Source: Rhizodiscina lignyota (Eukaryota). From it: a DNA stretch of 64,000 bases. Shown in pieces: positions 47,851 to 59,984 of the stretch (position 1 is its first letter; each line of letters begins with the position of its first letter). The notes under the pieces are model-generated. The model worked only from the letters and a program-made list of their open reading frames with translations, made no database searches and was not told the DNA's origin. The DNA lies in contig ML978129.1 in the NCBI GenBank assembly GCA_010015805.1, positions 1,054,001 through 1,118,000 on the forward strand. Direction: 5' to 3'. Made by a program: the position numbers and the translations under genes.

Positions 47851-49350
47851 TCACTTCTTCGCGTTATTCTCATACTCCGAACTCACATTTTCGTACTCGT
47901 TGACGAAAACCTTGTCGGCGACGTCCGGGCGGCCAAGCCATTGTGTGATCCGGGTGAGTTCTTCGCGCAGGCGCGCGACGCCCTGCTCGTCGAGAGCAGT
48001 GTGAGCGATGAGCTCAGGAAGTGTGGCTGTAATGCGTTGTCAGCGTGCAGTCCTCGCAAAGGGATGAGTGATCAGACTTACTGAAGGAACGTAGCAGATG
48101 CTCGGCGCCGTACAAGTCTGATGGCTGCTTGCCGGCTAAGTCCCCAACGGGGTCATTGATCTGCTTGTGGATGTCGCGAAATTGTTCGCGCTCGAATTTG
48201 TAGAGAAGCATGCGGGAAAGACACTTGTCGAAATACGTGATGACGCCGTGGACAACTTCCTCGAGGATGTCGGCTTCGGCGCTTCCTTCTGTTCGGTTCT
48301 GACGTTCGGCTTGCAGATACTGGTCCATGACGGTGCGCACGTTGACTTTGACGGGCAGGCTGATGACTTGAAGGTACTTGGTGATGTTCTCCCAATCGTC
48401 GACGAGAATGCTCTTGAGTTGATCAGCCATCGGAATCGGTGCGACTTGGTCCTTCGTCATGTAAGAGCTCATCTATGAGTGTGTTAACATGTGCGAAGAC
48501 AATGGGGGATTGTGGGAAAGGCTTACATCTTCAAGCTCCATTTGCGCGATGTTCCTCTTGTAGCCGCGCATTTGGCCCGACGCTGCCACAGAGGAATGGC
48601 GTTCCTCACTGGCACGGGTAGAACCGTCATGCTTTCCCTTCTTACTGGACTTGGAGGCGTAGTATCGGGCACGGTGCATAGCTCGCATTTCGCTGATGAG
48701 AGTCCGGGCGAGAGCTTGATTTTCGTCGGTGAACTTTCGGAGACGGTCTTGCGGGACCCAGTCGTCCCAACTGAGAGGAGGGGTGTTAGTGGGTGATGGA
48801 GACGAAGACGAATTGTGATCCGCTCGGTCGGTTTGATGCGAAGTCTGATCTTCTGAATGGGGCTCTTCGACTTGAAGCGCAAGCGCAGCTTGACGGGGGT
48901 GCGTGATACGAGCTTGATTCTCTGAGGAGCCATTGAGGGCTGGGAAGATTGATGATGGATGTATGGATGTGAGAATTGATTGTGGGATGTGGAATTTGGT
49001 GGAATCTGGAGAAGAGAAAGAAAGGAAGAAGGAAGACAAGGTCAAGAGAGTTGTAGAACCCGTCACCAGCCATCTCAAAAGACGAGGCTGGTCAATAGGA
49101 CAATGGGAACAATAGCAAGCTCTCAGCCCCCTCGACCGTTTTGGGAAAACCTCGCTTTAGAGTTTGTGAATAATAGGAACCACACTACTCACGTATTCTT
49201 CCAGCCCTTGTAATGAACTAGATAGTGGTGCGGACTCCGCTTGTCATTCGGGTCGATGGGCTTCGTGTCAAGGATCTTCGCCTCGTAGAGCAGGTCGCCA
49301 TGGAAGCACAGGACTTTCTCGTCCTTCGCGAAGGGCGAGGCAGGCGCCAT
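47851..49350 (-). CDS. EAF3: Chromatin modification protein Eaf3 (chromo barrel + MRG domain), 4 exons
   Basis: [58 protein letters not shown]. First intron 48771-49192 is 422 nt. Confidence 0.93.
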
Positions 49351-49670
49351 GGTGTTGAATTCCTTCTGAATATGAGGCGCGATATTTCGAGCTCTTTTTG
49401 ATTCTTTCTAACCGATACCAGATGAGAGATTGATAACGCGTCAAGGAAATGGACAGGAACACGGAGATTTGAGGGGTTGGCCGAATGTGTTGTGAGGTGT
49501 TGTTGAAGAAATCGCGTAAGGAGCGCTCACGAGACTTCGTGGACATTTTTGTGATGCGCGCGAGTCATGCGCGTCTGCAGGCGCGTCGCACCCAGAGCCG
49601 CACCACCAACCCTCTCTCACATCCAGTATTGCCCCAAAATATCCCTCTTGACGCCTGGAAGATTTCCATC

Positions 49671-50310
49671 ATGGCGCCAACAGAGTCGACAATCCTCTCA
49701 AATTTCCTTCTCCCTCCGGCCCCGCTGCCGGCCATCATATCGCTGCGAAAGTTCACAGAACTCTTTCCCGCGTCGCAGCGTTGTGATCCACAGATTGCGA
49801 TCCTTTATCGCGAATTGCAGCATCAGCGCGCTATGGATACAGACGATGTGAAGCGCAACATTACTGCAGAAGTCAAGCGTGGTGAGGTGCAACGGCGAGA
49901 GGTTGTTCGCGCGAGAAGACGCGCGGACAACGTGGAGTTGGAAGGACTCAACAGGACCGAGTTACAGATGGAATTGGAGGTGCGCTTTATACTCTAAAAC
50001 TAGAAGGTGTGCTAATTCTGTAAAGCTCTCTGGCCCGAATGCGGATGGTGCTGCTCGAAGAGAGCACACTTTGAAGACTATCTTGCCAGAGATGGACCAG
50101 GCATGCGCAGATATGGAAGAAGAGATTGCATGTCTGGAAGAGGAAGCAGCAGAGCTGACGGCCGGCATCAAGAACACGATTGGCGATCTGAGTGATCTAC
50201 GATATGGTCGGTTCAATCGAACGTCAGGACTGGATGGTGATCTGGGCAAGGAAGTTCTCTCGAGTTTCAGAGCGCTGGAGGCGGCAGCAAAAGTCAGTAC
50301 GAACGACTGA
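49671..50310 (+). CDS. NKP2: Kinetochore protein, Cnl2/Nkp2 family, 2 exons
   Basis: MAPTESTILSNFLL.PA.LP.IISL..F.ELFP; LYRELQ.QR; IGDLSDLRYG; intron 49980-50025. Confidence 0.8.
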
Positions 50311-50765
50311 AGATCTGGTGAAAGAACAAGGTAAAGAACAATCTCATGGAGATCAGCTGTATCGAATTCCTGCTCTAGGCGCTCTATCTACCATTGGATC
50401 CATCCATCTCAGCATGGGGTCGCGAGGTCACCTCAACAGCCACGGTACCTCTCTTTCCTCGAGCTTCCAGTTTCGAGACGCATTCGACACCAGAATAGCA
50501 CTTCTAGGGCACAGCTAGTCTAGCAGCTTTCCGATGATGCAGTCAGTGTGGTCAGAGAGCCCTTTGCGTCGCGCTATAGGGACCTTTGCTGTATCAATAC
50601 TACGAGGCTTAGAAGAAACGACGAAAATGTCTAGCCGATAACAGTCCGTCTGGATAGAGCGGAACAATAATGTGGAAAGCGTCTTGACTTTCACACCCGT
50701 TAAAAATTGCCACGCTCTTGTGATGGTCTGTGCGCCTTCTACAACAACACGTCCAAGATAGTTCA

Positions 50766-52210
50766 TCAACCAGCCACCTTAACCGCCGCCTGACCTTCTC
50801 TTGTCCTTCCCAGCCCCTCCTTAGCGTAGAAGTCCATGGGGTACACGGCCTCCTTCCCAACCACCTTGCTCTCCTCCGTCCACCCAGCCTCTCTTACGCC
50901 CAGAGCGACGAGCGCCTCGTACGGACTTAACAGTGGTCGCGAAAATGCATAACCCCAATCAATGCTGAGTCTCGGACAGGCGATTTGCACCCAACACTCG
51001 ACGTCGCTCATCAGCGCCAGTTTGCCGGGGAAGATTTCTGACAAGAGTAGATTTATCCACGGGATACCCTTCTCGTCCAACAGCTTCTCTATCATAGCGA
51101 GGGTGTGGGGGTTCCCTTGTCGCCCTAATGAGCCCAAAATAAGTCCCCATTTCCGCGCCTTGCGTGCCGTCGAGATAGCCTGCGATCGCAAGTCATACAA
51201 TTCGTCGTGGTCGTACGATTCGCGCGTGAGACGTCTTGAGTAAGGGTCGTAGCGGTACGCTGGCAAATGCGGATTGTGTATCATTGCAGACTCGAGATGG
51301 AATCTCCCATCGCCAAGGTACAACAGCATGTCTGCTGCGCTCTCTACTCCGTCAGTACTGCGCGCAAGTTGCGGCGATGTACAGCCGAGTATCTCTCCCT
51401 TGCTGAGCGGTGCGATCTGCGGCACGATGACATTGAAGCCCGCGCTTCGCAGTTGTGGTGCAACACCATGGATCGTAGCATTAAACTGTATCGTCCCAAC
51501 TAACGCAACTGTCTTGCCAGATTGAAAATTCTCGGTTATAGTGGCAAGCAGGTGTGGCACGTCGATGCCGATGTCTACGAAGACGTACAGGGTCTTGATC
51601 TTTGTGACATCCACAGGTATGAGGCAGCTGTGAGCATAGTGCACCAACAGATCGCAGCCCAATGCACGCGCTGTGTAGTCGTCTATACAGCATGCGCCAT
51701 ACGTTACGTCGCCCATGATGAGCGTTTCTGTGCCGGGGCAGAAGCGAGTGAGAATGTCGGAGATGGTGGTCGCAAAGAGGAGGAGACCTTCGGGAAATTG
51801 TAGAGCAATTTTCTTAGATCCGGCAGTGCGTACTCGGTGGATAGTCTTGTGGAGCTCGAAGTTGTAGTTCGAGGGAAGGAGGGCGATGGCCGCGTTGATC
51901 TCTTCATCGTGGAGGATTTCGGGAGGTATGTTGTTGAGCGCTCTTGCGCCTCTGCGAGGTTGTGCAACTGTGGTCACACATTTAACGTTACTAAGAGGCT
52001 CTGATATACGCTTCAATATCAAAGCTTGCCTTGTATAGCTCCACTGTCCTCTATGTTGCCATTTGACGGTTTGGGCGATTCACCTGCAGCGGCGGCAGCA
52101 GCTCGACGGCCGACAAATCTCCTCTTCGGCTGCTTCGATTGTACATTTTCTTCTGCCTCAAGTTCACTTGGAGCTGATGTTAAATTCGTCGCTTCCCGAT
52201 CCTCCTCCAT
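50766..52210 (-). CDS. DPH1: Diphthamide biosynthesis protein 1, 2 exons
   Basis: [55 protein letters not shown] intron 51968-52029. Confidence 0.95.
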
Positions 52211-52447
52211 TATGAAGATTGTGGTTCAACTTCAGTGGTTTCCACGAACCCGCAAATATGTACGATACGTCAGAGTCACTGCGGAAGATTTCCGCTCATA
52301 AATTTCAAGCTGAGCTGCCCTACGACAATGCAAAGTAATCGACATTCGAAAATTCAGATTAACCCTTTAATATCTGGATATTTAGAGGCAAAGCTCAATA
52401 CAGTTATCGCAACCAGATGGACTTTAATGAAAAGACCTTACTCGTCA

Positions 52448-54246
52448 TCAGCTCTTACGCCCATATCCGCCTTTCTCATCGTAGCCACCTTTCTCACCAG
52501 AGGCCCCCCTCTGAGGTCCATATCCTCCCTGCGACCCTTGCAACCCTTGCGCCTGTTGCGCCTGTTGTGCCTGTTGTGCCTGTTGTGCCTGTTGTGCCTG
52601 TTGGACCTGAGATCTATATTGCTGGGACTGAATCATCGTCCCATGTTGGCTCTGCAACTTCGCCATCGTATTCCTTGCGGCTGCAATCTCCTCATCGCTC
52701 GGCAGGTTCACGATTGTCAAGTACAACACATCCTTATGTAGAACTCTCCTCATGCCCCGTGGCGGACGCTGACCCCTCGGCATTCTCGGCATGCGGCCCC
52801 TTGCCATCCTTCTCTGGTTCTTCCTGTCGCGTTTTGCTTGTCTGCGAGCGCGTGGATCGTACGCACCACCGGTGACGAGGGAGATGATACTACCGCTATT
52901 GACGGGGTGGTTCGGGTCACTAAAGCGGGAAGCAAAGTGCTGCGGTTCCGCAGTTGCTAAGCTTGATCCGGGATGGCTGTATGCCTGTTCATGTCAAGTC
53001 AGCTCCTCTCGCAGTCGTAAGGTGATTGGAAGAGCTTACGAATTTCGCCACTGCTCTTCTATCAAGATAGTCTGCAACAAATTGGCCTGCGCCTTTGAGC
53101 GCATTCGGGTTCTTGCCCTGCGCACCATCCGCCGCTTGGTCGAGCGCGGGATATACTAGAGGTGCAGCTTGTGGTATCTGTAACTCTCCATAGGCTGTGC
53201 CGCTGCTGACCCTCAAGCTCTGCATCGCCTCCCTCATCCTCCCAGAATCGTGGCTCGTGTATCTCGCGATTGCTTCGTTCATATTGAGCTCTTGTGTGTC
53301 GATTGGCTTCATGGCGTCTGGTTTGAATGACATGACCATGGCGTAGAGCCCACGCGGCATAAAAAGGTCCTGGTTCATCTTGTCGAGGAAAGTGTTGGAG
53401 CGGTGGCGCCGTTGAACCTCTTGAGCTGTGCCGACTGCGACTTGGACGACGATTGTAGCGATTTGCGCATATATGTCTGGTACGAAACCAGCGGCAAATG
53501 CACCCAGCATGATAACATTGAGGTAAGCATCAGCCTTGAAAAACAGTCAGTATCTTCTACCAAATACTTGGAAAGGACGCAAATACCTCGCTGGATTTCG
53601 ACCAATTCTTCAAAAAAGTCATGAAACATTGTTGCGTGATACCAGTAACACCTAGATCCGGAGCATATGCTCTGACGAATCCTCTGCCCTTATCACCGGG
53701 TCTTCTCTGTGGCAAAATGATTGGATAGGGTATCTTTTGGTGCTTCTCCGAAGGTCCTGCAAGGCGGAGGACTTCGTCTACCAGAGTACTTGAACTCGCC
53801 TGGCGTGTGACTTCCTCATACGAAGGCGGGTCGACCCTTTCAGCAGCATCGTCCAAAGCCCATTCCGCCTCGTCGTTAAAGTCACTGTCTGAATCTGAAT
53901 CGCTGTTGTCGTCGTCGTGCGGTTTCTTCTTGAAATCTCTCTTGATGTCTCTCTCATCGACCGGAACAGCGTTTCCGGACGCAATCAGCTCCTCGGCGTG
54001 CTCGTCTGTCGTTTCGATGTACTCTGGGGGAGGTTCATTCGGGTCAAATGGCGGCTGATCATAGGATGGAGGAACAGCCCTCGAGGCGCCAGCTGAGGAG
54101 GATTCGGCTACATTCGAACCGTGGCCGCGGGATTGAGCTTCCCCTTGAGCTTGAGCTTTCTTCTGCTTGTGTGCCTCTATAGCTTCGGCAGCGAGGCCAA
54201 TGCCCCCGCCAACAAGCTTTACGACTCTGCCAATTGGGCCGACCAT
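52448..54246 (-). CDS. Conserved fungal hypothetical protein with PY motifs and a Gln/Ala-repeat tail, 3 exons
   Basis: GGGIGLAAEA; PIILPQRRPG..RGFVRAYAP; FLD.MN..LF.PRGL; ASRFSDPNHP.NSG; LYLTIVNLPS. Two GT-AG introns join three ORF pieces. Confidence 0.8.
52551..52603. repeat. Coding 9-bp minisatellite (GCCTGTTGT)n encoding QQA repeats
   Basis: About six near-perfect 9-bp units directly visible. Confidence 0.9.
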
Positions 54247-54730
54247 TGTGCGAACTTGATAGAAGGAGAGGTGGGAGAAATTCGAGAGGAAAATTGAGAG
54301 GTGCGAAGGAGGAGAAGATGCGGGCTCTGCAATTCGGGAAGCTAGCCGTAGACAGGGCGACGTCTTTTATAGCCAAAGGAGCAGCTGTATGCACGCCACT
54401 CGCGAAATTGTCGTCAATGCCGTCCTGAGGCTATCATCGCGAAATGACACCATGCACCAACCAGCATGGCCACTTCAAGGGTCTACTAGCAAAGCTTAGC
54501 ATGCTTGGAGATCGAGCTTGTTCCCAACCGAATTTCTCCTACAAACAAGCTGCGCTGTTTCCGCACCGTCGGGAGGCGCAGCACTCAGACACAGCATCCG
54601 ATTCCCCGCACTAGCCCCAATGGAGAGTTGCTTGCGACCGTTCAACGAGAACATCGTGTGCGATACTCCATATTGCATAGCAGGAGGACCTACGACAGTA
54701 CAGCTGATGAGTCTGTGATCGGAGATCGAG

Positions 54731-55932
54731 ATGGGCAGAATGGAATTGCTTGCGTGTGGCTTTAATGCGCACGGACAGCTCGGTGTAGAGCTTGAAGAGC
54801 CAATCACGGACTTCGCGCCTTATGTTTCTCAATTCAGAAAGGTTGCATCAGGGGAAAAGCTGCAAATCCTTCTAGCAGGATGGAGCCGAACTGTGTGTAC
54901 GTACGCAATGCAAATCCGCGAATTTTGACCAAGGATCCATGATGAGGTTCTAATTGAATTCTAGTATTGGAGGAAAACAAGCTCATTCTGTTCGGCCATG
55001 ATTACTCAAACCGAGACACGAAAGGCGTCTCCATTCCTATTGACTTCCCCGTTCGATGCACTTTCGAGTCAGACAAGCCTGCTCATGTAGGCATCGTCTC
55101 GACAAAAGGGGAGCTTTACTTCATCACCAGGAATGAAGATTCAAATCCCTCCAGTAGGTTCAGCCTCGAACGCCAAGGCGACGATGACAGCCCAATACTT
55201 TCCTACGCAGCTGTAACAGCTACGAATAGGACGTGTATATCTTTTCTCCAGTCTCCAGCATCCCAACTCATTCACCTGCTCGAATTCGAGCACTTCAGTG
55301 ACTTTTTGCACTGGTTCAGCAACCCTTCATCGTTCGCAGAGACCGATCTCAAGCAACCGACGCATTATATGGTGCAAGGCCGCATCACCGGTCTGCATGC
55401 TGGAGCGACATCTTTCACCATGCTTACTGAAGCGGGCAATGTATATACCTGGACGAACGATGCGCGTCACAATCGCTGCCTGGGTCGTTCGCCAAACGAA
55501 GAGTCGCCGTCCGACAGACCAGGGCTTATCGATGCCTTGGGTGGAGTGCCTATCTCGAAAGTCGCCGTCGGAGGCTGGATGAGCGCCGCGCTGAGTCAAG
55601 ACAAGGATGTCTACGTATGGGGCAGAGAAAAGCCTAAAGAGAACCCTGAAAGAATGGCCGCCTTGCCTGGTAATGATGAAGATCTCAAGCTTGTGGATTT
55701 GGGTGATGATATTGACTTCGAGGATGTCGGAGTGGGCTCAGGACATGCTGTTCTTCTCGCCAGTAACGGCAAGGTGTTCGTTGCTGGTGAGAATGATAAT
55801 GGCCAGTTTGGGTTTGAAACTAATGACAAGAAATTTGAGAGCGACTGGAGGGAAATAGAAGATCTTAGAGACAGGAAAGTAAAGCAGGTGTGGTGTGGGT
55901 ATAGCACTACTTTCGCGCTAGTGGCGAATTGA
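54731..55932 (+). CDS. RCC1/BLIP-II repeat protein, 2 exons
   Basis: LLACGFNAHGQL; GNVYTW; VAVGGW.SAAL; VGVGSGH; GENDNGQFG; CGYSTTF; intron 54896-54965. Start may be ATG 54740. Confidence 0.82.
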
Positions 55933-56320
55933 AACGGAAAATCCATTGATAGCGTGAGGAGGTTCGCTGACGAATGATACCTATTCTTGAAAGAAAGCCA
56001 GTATCCAGAATAAGGAGGATGCGAGCAGCAGGTCCTGAATTAGGGCAGAATCACCTACCTCAATTAAATTTGGCAGCATCATTAGACGTCGTAGTCCCTG
56101 CCCGCTCTATAGCTCGCAGGAGGGTTGGTGGGTCACGGAGTTTCTCTGCTAGATACGTAGATTAGTTCGCCAGGGGATCACGCACTTGGAGTTGCTTCCC
56201 CCTAGAAAGGTTCTACGATGGTTTCATTAATTATGCTCGATCTCAATATACAAGGCGTCAGAGCCTACTAACCTCTCGTCATGAAACGCCAATAACTCCG
56301 TTGAACGAGATGATCTCCGC

Positions 56321-58342
56321 TCACTGCAGACGGACACCAGCCTGTCGGTTCTTCTTTGCTCGGTCGCCCACAGCGCTGTTCATGTTCGTGCTGTTCTGGC
56401 TGGCATCCAGAATGCTCATAGCTTCCTTCCTCTTCTCTTCTTCGATCTTCTTCAGCCTCTTCTCTGTCTTCTGCTTGCCACTGCCTTTGCCATGGAACTG
56501 GTGAGATAGATGCTTGAATGCTTCCTTCTGGTTCATGCTTCGGCCGTAGTCATCCACATATTTGAGCTGAACATCCGGCTTGTACTCGCGGTTGAAGACC
56601 TCGACCATCTGTCGAGACTCGTTCTGATCACGCTGCACATTGACACGACGTGCGTACTCCTCTCGGTCACGCGCAGACATACGATCCAGCTTGCCACTTT
56701 GACGATCCCGTTCACGCTGTGCACGGGCTCGTTGCTCTGCTTCTGTTTCTCGCTTCTGCTTCTCTGCGAGGAATCGTTGGCGGTCGCGGAAGTTGATGCT
56801 CATGTCTCCGGACTCTGGTGTCTTGATGAGGCCTCGCTGTCTGAGCATCTTCAGCGTTGCTCCAATGCCACTGGTAAGAGTGGCCTCATCCTCCAAGCCA
56901 GTCGCAGTAACCTCAGCAGGTGTAGACACTTCACGTGAAATTCCTCTCGATTGTGATCTTTCCTCATCCACTTCGTTGTATGACTGCTCCATATCGACAT
57001 CCTCGTCATCGTCTGGACTCCGAGCTCCAGCACCAACAGACTCAACGCCGTTCAAAGGCAGAGCAGAACGAGGTCGGCGTCTCTCTGACGCTGTGGGCTT
57101 CTGCAGATTTGCGACGAACTCTGAGGTCTCATCGATCACGAGGCCAGGTTCCTCTTCCTCCTGCGCCTCTATGCTATCGACAACGCCAGGCGTTGTAACT
57201 TCTTCTTGTCGCAGCTCCCGTGCAATATCTTCCGGACGCATCTTCTTTCGCTTCTTAAGGGCGGCTCGTCGCTGCTTCGCAAGGTCGGCCTGCAGATCCT
57301 CATCGTCCACGAAATTGGTGTCATCGAAATTCCGTTTGATGCCTGAGGGTGCCGCAACCGTCATGTCTTTGCCATCAATTTCCATTTCTCCTTGTTGGTC
57401 ACCCATCTCTGCGCCAGCAAAGATATCCTCATCGTCAAACACTTTGCGCTTCGTCGACTTGGACTTCTTTTTCTTCGGCTTTTTGATCTTCATCTCCGAG
57501 GCATCCACGTAGTCGGAGATGGGCGCATCTTCCTTCAATATATCCAGTGAGATTGTAATGCCTTTCAGCTTCGCAGATGATGAGTCGACGTCCATCGCGG
57601 CTTCTCTGGTGCTTCCATGTCCGTCGAGGGTGAACCGCTGACGCTTCCTGCCATCAATCTCCTCATCATACTGCGCAAGAATGCCACGCGAGGTGTCATC
57701 ATCTTCAGCGTTCGGATCGTATACCGGCCTCTTCTTCTTCGATTCTAGTCGTTCTTCGAGCTTTTCGCGTTCGCGAAGATTGACGTTCTCCAATTCGTCC
57801 TCTTCAGAATCAGCGTCGACAGCTGCATCTTTGAGTATCAGAATTTGCTCGCCGGCCTCTTCATCGAATTGATTTAGCTCATGACCGACTCGAACACCGG
57901 CCAGATCGGCTGCTGTATATTCGGCTTGCCGTTCCCTCTCCGCTAGTTCCTGCTCGAGCTGCTCAAGCTTCCGCGCCTTCTCCAATTTTTTCTTGCTCTT
58001 ATTGTGTTGCATAAGCCATGCCTTTGTGTCCACCTCATCGTCATCATCGGCCAGCCCTTTGCCTTCAAGCGTTGCATTGCGTTGCGCTATATCTCGCGCC
58101 TTTTTTATCGCATCCTTTTGCGCCTGCCGCTTTGCCTTGGCCTCCTCTTCATCTCTCAACTTCTTCCAGTTGTCTGATGCCGCTGCCTCCCGTGTCTCGA
58201 GTGTGCTCCCAGGTTCCTCGTCAGATGCCTGGTCTTCTGCGTCTTTGAACACCGGTCCACTTGGAGCGCCTGGCACAGGCAAGGGCTTCATGCCCATTGC
58301 CAGGCGCACCTTGTTGACTTGCTCGACATCGAATTCTGGCAT
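56321..58342 (-). CDS. SNU66: U4/U6.U5 tri-snRNP protein Snu66/SART-1
   Basis: HIND-like VEQVNKVRLAMGMKPL; LAGVRVGH; ILILKD; KEAFKHLSHQFHGKGSGKQKTEK. Confidence 0.93.
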   Translation of the reverse strand: MPEFDVEQVNKVRLAMGMKPLPVPGAPSGPVFKDAEDQASDEEPGSTLETREAAASDNWKKLRDEEEAKAKRQAQKDAIKKARDIAQRNATLEGKGLADDDDEVDTKAWLMQHNKSKKKLEKARKLEQLEQELAERERQAEYTAADLAGVRVGHELNQFDEEAGEQILILKDAAVDADSEEDELENVNLREREKLEERLESKKKRPVYDPNAEDDDTSRGILAQYDEEIDGRKRQRFTLDGHGSTREAAMDVDSSSAKLKGITISLDILKEDAPISDYVDASEMKIKKPKKKKSKSTKRKVFDDEDIFAGAEMGDQQGEMEIDGKDMTVAAPSGIKRNFDDTNFVDDEDLQADLAKQRRAALKKRKKMRPEDIARELRQEEVTTPGVVDSIEAQEEEEPGLVIDETSEFVANLQKPTASERRRPRSALPLNGVESVGAGARSPDDDEDVDMEQSYNEVDEERSQSRGISREVSTPAEVTATGLEDEATLTSGIGATLKMLRQRGLIKTPESGDMSINFRDRQRFLAEKQKRETEAEQRARAQRERDRQSGKLDRMSARDREEYARRVNVQRDQNESRQMVEVFNREYKPDVQLKYVDDYGRSMNQKEAFKHLSHQFHGKGSGKQKTEKRLKKIEEEKRKEAMSILDASQNSTNMNSAVGDRAKKNRQAGVRLQ

Positions 58343-59055
58343 TGTGGCAGCAAGTGAAATCGGCGAATGAGGGTGAGGTAGAGGGGAAGACGGGTATTGT
58401 GAAGCTGAGGTTGATGAGGCAAGTTTCGGCAGGTGAGAGCTAGCAGCGGAACCGGAATTGTCCGATTCTCTGGCACGAAATCTTGGCGCGGCCCATATAA
58501 ATTTTCTATCGACGAACTTTGCGCCTTCTTCTTTACCAAACAACAGATCTGTGTTCAGAAGTCCTGCCTGTTCTCTGAGCAGTGTGGTTGCATTTCTGGA
58601 CAGCTCGACCGTGTTATGGAGCCATCTTGCACCACCATGATGTCAATCTTCCGGTTGACAGATCTTAGAACAATCGGCGCCTGTTGGCCTGAGTTCCTCT
58701 GGGTCTAACCTGGTGTTGAGCTCGGTTGATGGGACTGCTGAGGGCGTCATATTCCGCATCCCTTTGCTGATTTTTGGGCCGTCGGCTCGTGAAGTTGGGG
58801 AAAAACCATGACTTGCCTACAGACATGCACTTTTATATATACTGAAAAGACGGCAGACGATTCAATTGTAATACTCTCATTTATGCTGTCATACAATTGG
58901 GACAGAACATGACCCGGCTTTGTGACCGAGCCAGAGAGCCAGAATGTCGCTGGTAAAGCGTTCCTAGCGACAGCATCTCTGATACACTTCGTTGGCGGGC
59001 GTTGAGTAGCTAGCAATAGACACACTTCATGTTGAATTGTCTTGCAGTGTCTTCT

Positions 59056-59984
59056 TCATTCCTTCTTCGTCAATGTACCGACAATGAATGGCACACACGC
59101 CCATGAATTCACCCATTCCAGGTCGACCTTTGCCCAGCCGCCATCTTGCTTTGCTGCATTCAGCAGCATGCTCTTCGTATCCCGGTTTAGCTGGCATCCA
59201 CCCATTAAATATTTCCAGCCACCAACATGTTGCCAGAAAAACTGCATCACACGTCCAATGACGTTGCCCTGAGGTTGTGGCCAAGGATTTACTACGTGCT
59301 CGCTCACGATGAACCGACCGCCAGGCTTCAGTGCCTTGTACAGTCCATTGACAGTCTCCTCAGGTTGTGGAACACCGCAGATGACACGGATCAGACAGAT
59401 ATCATCGAAGATACCCGCACTACCGCCGGACATTTGTCCCATCAAGCCCGCCTTTGCCAATGCTGGGACAAGACTCTCCGGCTCGGCGCCACAAGCTAGA
59501 GGATGAAACTTGTCTCCAAATCCTAACTTCTTTGCTGTCTCTCTAAGCAGAGGGTGCATATCTGTAGCCGGTTCCACACCCCAGAGCTCAGTTATCTGAC
59601 CATCGTTGAAGTTGAAGCGGTGGAGTTGCTCGCCGGATCCAGGCCCGATGTCTAGCACTCTTCCCCGCGCAAGACCAATGAGTGCAACGGTCTTTCCAGG
59701 CATTTCTGCTGACATTGCCCTCCCCTTTGCGAGCCATAGTTTCGAGAAGGCACGGTGCCTCAGAGTTTGGAGGTCTTTAGGATACGGTTGTTCGATGGGA
59801 AGGAGAACGAGTGTAAGTATCCAATCTGTGAAAAATTGTTAGCATATGTGAGCCCCATCCTGTCAATTGACATGGAACCCTTACAGTAGACCGCAGCACT
59901 GAGTAGGAAGAACGGCCCGATCCAGGCCAGTGCCCTTTCTTTTACGGTGGGGTTAACTGGTGGTTTCAAGGTGGCCGCCTCCAT
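59056..59984 (-). CDS. SAM-dependent methyltransferase (METTL7/TMT1-like), 2 exons
   Basis: GRVLDIGPGSG motif I; GVEP; LKPGGRFIVSEHV; GGCQLNRD; N-terminal hydrophobic segment; intron at ~59827-59882. Confidence 0.85.

Noticed and set aside
49069..49079. 11-nt complementarity (GCCATCTCAAA) between the EAF3 intron hairpin and the downstream repeat core
   Set aside because: Too short to distinguish from chance, and pairing would need read-through well past the EAF3 stop.
49100..49140. GCTGAGA in the EAF3 intron resembling a TPP riboswitch element
   Set aside because: The downstream CUUGAU...AAU.CCAGCG core is absent and the host gene is unrelated to thiamine.
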